From the IMG/VR virus record IMGVR_UViG_3300024999_000046: a stretch of DNA of 64,000 nucleotides. One strand, 5' to 3'. Both the position numbers and the translations under genes were made by a program. Origin of the DNA: an uncultured virus (IMG/VR IMGVR_UViG_3300024999_000046) (lineage: Duplodnaviria; Heunggongvirae; Uroviricota; Caudoviricetes). The notes beneath the pieces are model-generated. The model searched no databases and had not been told where the DNA came from. It worked only from the letters and a program-made list of their open reading frames with translations. Positions 59,717 through 64,000 of the stretch are shown here, in pieces. Position 1 is the stretch's first letter. Each line of letters starts with the position of its first letter.

Positions 59717-60229
59717 TTAATTAAACTTGGCTTTTTTATAGTCAAATTTGTTCTCATATACACACTTCGATTTATACCCACACGAATCACAGTCCATATA
59801 ATGGAAATTTAAAGGCGAGAGACAAGAATGATAATTCTTATGACTTTCTATACCATTCTTAATCATTTCTAACTCAATTTCAGGTAAATCACTATGATCA
59901 TCTTCATCTTCATCTTTATTTTTCTGTTCTTCTAATTCTAGTTCATATTGTTCAGGAGTTCTTAAAAACCCATAAACAACAGATTCAATTATCTTCCCAT
60001 CATCGAATTTTACAACATAATAATCTGTGGTTTTCTTTTTCATATTTCTTTTTGTAATAGTACATTCCATACCCCTATAGTCACTAACCAATCCTAAAAA
60101 TACAACTCTATCATCTATATTAAATTCATATTCTTTTACAATAGATGATGTTTCATCATACTTATCTTGCTTTTTAGGTTTGGTTGATGTTTGACTCAAT
60201 AAACTTTTACCCTTCGCTATAATTTTCAC
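59717..60229 (-). CDS. hypothetical protein with SH3/KOW-like region
   Basis: FNIDDRVVF..YVVKFDDG; C-terminal Cys cluster. Confidence 0.55.
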   Translation of the reverse strand: MKIIAKGKSLLSQTSTKPKKQDKYDETSSIVKEYEFNIDDRVVFLGLVSDYRGMECTITKRNMKKKTTDYYVVKFDDGKIIESVVYGFLRTPEQYELELEEQKNKDEDEDDHSDLPEIELEMIKNGIESHKNYHSCLSPLNFHYMDCDSCGYKSKCVYENKFDYKKAKFN

Positions 60230-60339
60230 ATCCTTTACAATTTATTTACTTCATATGTACTACCTATAAGTATTATATCTTAATTAATCTACAAAGTCAA
60301 AATAATTATTTATGTATTCATAATCATAACTCTCATAAA

Positions 60340-60663
60340 TCAATATTGAGGGAATCCAATAATCATATCATCTACCCAACTATTACCTTCTGGCAGATAA
60401 ATATTAGTCAATGCATCTCCATTACGATACATGCTTAAACAATTGCTATCAAAGGAATCAATTTCAAATTTTTCAAAATAAATTTGTATATCTTCATTAA
60501 TGGTTAAAACATCAAAGCAACTATTACCTTGAATTCTAGCATCATTTATAACCAATTTAATTTTAGATAGCAAATTACCATCTGATGCTGATTCTATTGT
60601 AATTGACTTGTTTAATGTTCGACGCATAAACCACTCTAAATTAAATTCTTGCATAATAGTCAT
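60340..60663 (-). CDS. hypothetical protein
   Basis: ORF with RBS. Confidence 0.55.
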   Translation of the reverse strand: MTIMQEFNLEWFMRRTLNKSITIESASDGNLLSKIKLVINDARIQGNSCFDVLTINEDIQIYFEKFEIDSFDSNCLSMYRNGDALTNIYLPEGNSWVDDMIIGFPQY

Positions 60664-60671
60664 CCTTTCTA

Positions 60672-60941
60672 TTAAGACAATTCAAATTTACCATTGAATT
60701 CTTCTTGTTCTCGAACATAAAAATCTTTACTATTTGAATATAGATACATTTTCTGTCCATCTTGTGCATTTGTAGCATTGGTAACTTCCCCTAGACAAAT
60801 ATAATCAGTTTCATTTTTAATACTGATACAATCTTTAAAATCTTCACATTGTATTATGTAAACTTTTTGATTTTGGTTATGATGCTGTTTGGTAAATATT
60901 CTTAATTTCTTATCAATTAAAGCAAAAGTTCTTAGTTTAAT
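60672..60941 (-). CDS. DUF1653-like protein with ATT start
   Basis: RBS gaggag; YICLGEVTNATNAQDGQKMYLY..FYVREQEEFNGKF. Confidence 0.5.
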   Translation of the reverse strand: MKLRTFALIDKKLRIFTKQHHNQNQKVYIIQCEDFKDCISIKNETDYICLGEVTNATNAQDGQKMYLYSNSKDFYVREQEEFNGKFELS

Positions 60942-61060
60942 ATTTAATCAACTCCTCTAAATTTGCTCTTCTAAACCTTCGCAAACAAATCCTAACATAA
61001 TTCCACCCTAACAAAATTACAACTCATTCTAGATACCATTCTGTCGCTCTCAAAGCATTT

Positions 61061-61255
61061 TTACTTTAATACATCAGGTTCATTTAATAGATCATATGCT
61101 ACTTTAATGGTTTGTCTGAGAATAATATCACACTCATTAAAATCTTTACCTTCAAAATTTGTAATAAAAAATTCCATCATTTTGTCATAATGTTTTGATT
61201 CTAATTCTTTATTTGTGAATAGTACAGTATTTTTAATATTTGTCATATTAATCAA
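61061..61255 (-). CDS. hypothetical protein
   Basis: RBS aaggag. Confidence 0.5.
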   Translation of the reverse strand: MINMTNIKNTVLFTNKELESKHYDKMMEFFITNFEGKDFNECDIILRQTIKVAYDLLNEPDVLK

Positions 61256-61349
61256 ACTCCTTTTTATTTACATTATTATTTCATTTTTATTGCTAAAATG
61301 AAATAATAATCATATTAATCAAATCTTATTTCACTGATACATATTGATA

Positions 61350-61535
61350 CTAATTTCTCCTCAATACAAACTTTGTTCTAATTCCAAATTCCTTACTGGC
61401 CTCTGGATGACTACAATCGCAATCATTACAATCACAATTTAAACAATCAATAGTGCAACCAAAATATTCTAAATTCATTTTTGCAAATTCTCAATGGATA
61501 CAATCCTTGCATACGACAAAAGTATCATCATTCAC
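61350..61535 (-). pseudogene. Cys-rich small protein with in-frame TGA at codon 15
   Basis: MNDDTFVVCKDCIH*EFAKMNLEYFGCTIDCLNCDCNDCDCSHPE.. Confidence 0.45.
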
Positions 61536-61554
61536 GTTATTAAAACACTCCTTT

Positions 61555-63273
61555 TTATATTTGAGATTTATATACTCTGTAAAGCATCCATCTTAATTTC
61601 TCTCCGGTTTCTGGATGTATTCCTGTATACTTTAAGTCTTGGTAATTTAAAATGGTATAAATACGATTGATATTATATTTATCACCTGCCTCTTTTAATG
61701 ATTCAAATATTTCTCCAGTAGTCAAGCAAATTACCTTATAATAATCAAAAATATTTTTCATATATGTATCTTTCCAACCTAAAATTTTGTTTTTAATTAT
61801 AAATTCATCATAATACATCCATATAAGATTTTCTCCTGTGTGTGGATGCACTCCAGAGGATTTATATACTCCTTTACAGCATTGTGAAATACTTGTAGTA
61901 TTATATCGTTTGTTTGCCTCATTTATATAATTGAATATTTCACCTGTATTTAAACAAATTATTTGTCTTCTAATTTTTTTAGCGTTTTTCATAAATTCTT
62001 TCTGTCCATTGTAATCACACCATTCTAATTTTTTTCCTTGTTCTAAATATCTTCTAATTGTCGCAGAACTCTTTTTTAATTTTACAGATATTTTAATAAT
62101 ATCTAACCCGTTATTCCATAAATCACAAGAAACTTTAACTAAACTTTTTAATCCTATTTCATGACATTTTAACCAATCAATATCTTCTTCTTTAAAATTA
62201 AGTAATTGTGGTAAATCAGAATTCATAATGCTATGCCTAATCCATTTAATATCAGACCTTCTACAATCCAATATTATGTAATTTTTAATATTATTACTTC
62301 TAGCTAACCACTCTTTATCAAAATCACTATTCTGCGTTTCTGTTAATGACCTCCAATTACTTTTTACTTCTTCATAATGTTGAATTCCATGAGTTTCAAT
62401 TATGCAATTAATTTTTTCTATATAGTTATCATATTTATAACTACCACACCATTTTAAAGTAGTTTTATTTAATTGAACTATAAAATCCTTATTTAATAAT
62501 TGCTCTAAAAATCCGAACAAAAACTTTTCTGGATATGAACCTCCATCTGAACATTTGGGACAACAAACTCCGTTTCTTATTAAATCATACATCGCACTCT
62601 CTTTTTCATATCCGCAATCGAGACATTTAATAGGTAATTTTCTTTCTGCAATAGAATATTTTGAAGCGTCTTCCTTATTGGTTAAATATTTTACTAATTC
62701 CGGATGAGTAATTATTATTTTATTGCATTGATCACAATAAATAAAATTTTTACTAAGATCATGTCTTATAGAATTGATAATGCTTTTTTGCTCTGATTTA
62801 TGTTCTGGATAATTTAAACAATTAAACCAATATCCTTTCCCATTTAAACCACGGGAATTAAAATCTATATCTTCAGGTCGAATTACATTACCATCCTTAT
62901 CAATATTTAACTCATAATCCCACCTTGATAAAATCCAATCGGCTAATTCTTTAGTTAATTTATAATAACACCATTGTTTAAAAGATAATCTAATGTTATT
63001 ATTTTTAATATTAACTGCACATTTTTGGCAGTAGTATTTACCATTGTTTTTACTAGTACTCCTTTTATAATAGAACCATTTTAAATTTATTATAGGTTTA
63101 TTACAATAGTCACCATCACATTTTATATTTACGAAAACATTTGAACCATCGGATAAATCTTCGACTTTAACTTCAAATTCATCTTTATATTTTGTAAATA
63201 TATGTCCTTTTGATTCATACCATTTTTTATTATTTGAACTCCATTTTGTAATTGCAACTTTATTTATTATCAA
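61555..63273 (-). CDS. Zn-ribbon / PD-(D/E)XK endonuclease with two NUMOD1-like repeats; paralog of 45737-47959
   Basis: Shared ILSRWDYE.NIDK.GN, DFDKEWLAR, LLNFKE.DIDWL.CHE. Confidence 0.78.
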   Translation of the reverse strand: MIINKVAITKWSSNNKKWYESKGHIFTKYKDEFEVKVEDLSDGSNVFVNIKCDGDYCNKPIINLKWFYYKRSTSKNNGKYYCQKCAVNIKNNNIRLSFKQWCYYKLTKELADWILSRWDYELNIDKDGNVIRPEDIDFNSRGLNGKGYWFNCLNYPEHKSEQKSIINSIRHDLSKNFIYCDQCNKIIITHPELVKYLTNKEDASKYSIAERKLPIKCLDCGYEKESAMYDLIRNGVCCPKCSDGGSYPEKFLFGFLEQLLNKDFIVQLNKTTLKWCGSYKYDNYIEKINCIIETHGIQHYEEVKSNWRSLTETQNSDFDKEWLARSNNIKNYIILDCRRSDIKWIRHSIMNSDLPQLLNFKEEDIDWLKCHEIGLKSLVKVSCDLWNNGLDIIKISVKLKKSSATIRRYLEQGKKLEWCDYNGQKEFMKNAKKIRRQIICLNTGEIFNYINEANKRYNTTSISQCCKGVYKSSGVHPHTGENLIWMYYDEFIIKNKILGWKDTYMKNIFDYYKVICLTTGEIFESLKEAGDKYNINRIYTILNYQDLKYTGIHPETGEKLRWMLYRVYKSQI

Positions 63274-63385
63274 TCATTAATTCAACTCCTATCAGTTTCT
63301 CTTTTAATTCATTCCAATTGATACAATCTGTACATGAAACTTTAGTATCTTTATCCACTCATCTCCACATCCTTTAATTTAATAT

Positions 63386-63577
63386 TTATTTTACTACTTT
63401 TAATTCCAATGCCACATGTTCTGGATAACCAGTAATTCTGTATTTATTGATGTCAACCACTTTATAGTTTTTACTTTCATCTTTGATAGTGATTTGATCG
63501 TTGAGGTCATAGTTAGGAATATTTGAAGTATACGCGGTTACTACTTCGTTCTTTGAGTTGTATAGTAGAATATCCAA
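63386..63577 (-). CDS. hypothetical protein
   Basis: RBS aaggag. Confidence 0.5.
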   Translation of the reverse strand: MDILLYNSKNEVVTAYTSNIPNYDLNDQITIKDESKNYKVVDINKYRITGYPEHVALELKVVK

Positions 63578-63769
63578 TTAGTTTTTCTCCTTTAATTCTG
63601 ATTCTAATGAACCATTTTCATCTTTTACCTTACAGGAATAACAAATGTTTTTATTATATTCTGTACGATATGATCTTGATTGTGGTTTATTACATTCATG
63701 GCAAGTTAATTTAGGTGATTTGATTCCATCTGGGATTATGCTTCTTCCTGAGAGATATTTGTATTTCAT
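63578..63769 (-). CDS. small Zn-finger protein
   Basis: CHEC..CYSC; RBS aaggag. Confidence 0.5.
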   Translation of the reverse strand: MKYKYLSGRSIIPDGIKSPKLTCHECNKPQSRSYRTEYNKNICYSCKVKDENGSLESELKEKN

Positions 63770-64000
63770 TTTGTTTTCTCCTTTATATTCTAATAAATTA
63801 TATTTCTTCTAACACATTAATCCACTTGTAATTAACCATAGTCTAATTATGTATGGCATTTGTTTTACTCCCTCCTACATCATTTAAAGTTTTTATTTTA
63901 TTTAACAACTTCTAAATGAGTTTTTTGACTTTCTTTGTCTTGCTTATTAAATATATTTGTAATATTTTCAAATGTTCTCTTATATATATCTAATTCTGAC

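Noticed and set aside
1..64000. CRISPR array, tRNA or rRNA genes
   Set aside because: No regularly spaced repeat-spacer array, cloverleaf or rRNA-like tract seen by eye; the TnpB has no adjacent array.
1..64000. Genome-wide stop-codon reassignment
   Set aside because: Long genes are open in code 11, and TAG/TGA end many genes normally before an RBS or terminator.

Overview
AT-rich segment of a large temperate siphovirus of a spore-forming Firmicute (SPbeta-like or clostridial large-phage organisation), probably a phage-plasmid or a prophage of one. From left to right: (1) tail module with HK97-gp10-like protein, 1999-aa tape measure, distal tail protein, 2189-aa tail protein and DUF4376 protein; (2) an ~8 kb cargo island inside the tail module with two secreted Ig-domain morons, a stand-alone TnpB and its 3' scaffold, an XRE regulator, an antirepressor and a PIN TA pair; (3) further tail-fibre genes, one carrying a PHP metallohydrolase; (4) a lysis cassette; (5) an AEP primase-type replicase; (6) small hypothetical genes with free-standing HNH, GIY-YIG and PD-(D/E)XK nucleases; (7) a plasmid-like block with a DGQHR protein, M23 peptidase, VirD4/HerA-like ATPase, two small membrane proteins, ParM/ParR-like pair and a Rep protein with DnaA boxes and candidate countertranscripts; (8) nucleotide metabolism genes (HAD nucleotidase, dNMP kinase, atypical ThyX). 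The main unexplained signals are five sequence-unrelated leaders in which a hairpin or junction strand pairs with the downstream ribosome-binding site, and a sporulation-promoter-linked ATPase/M23/membrane-protein operon beside a ParMRC-Rep replicon. All family calls come from motif recognition by eye; no database search or folding program was run.
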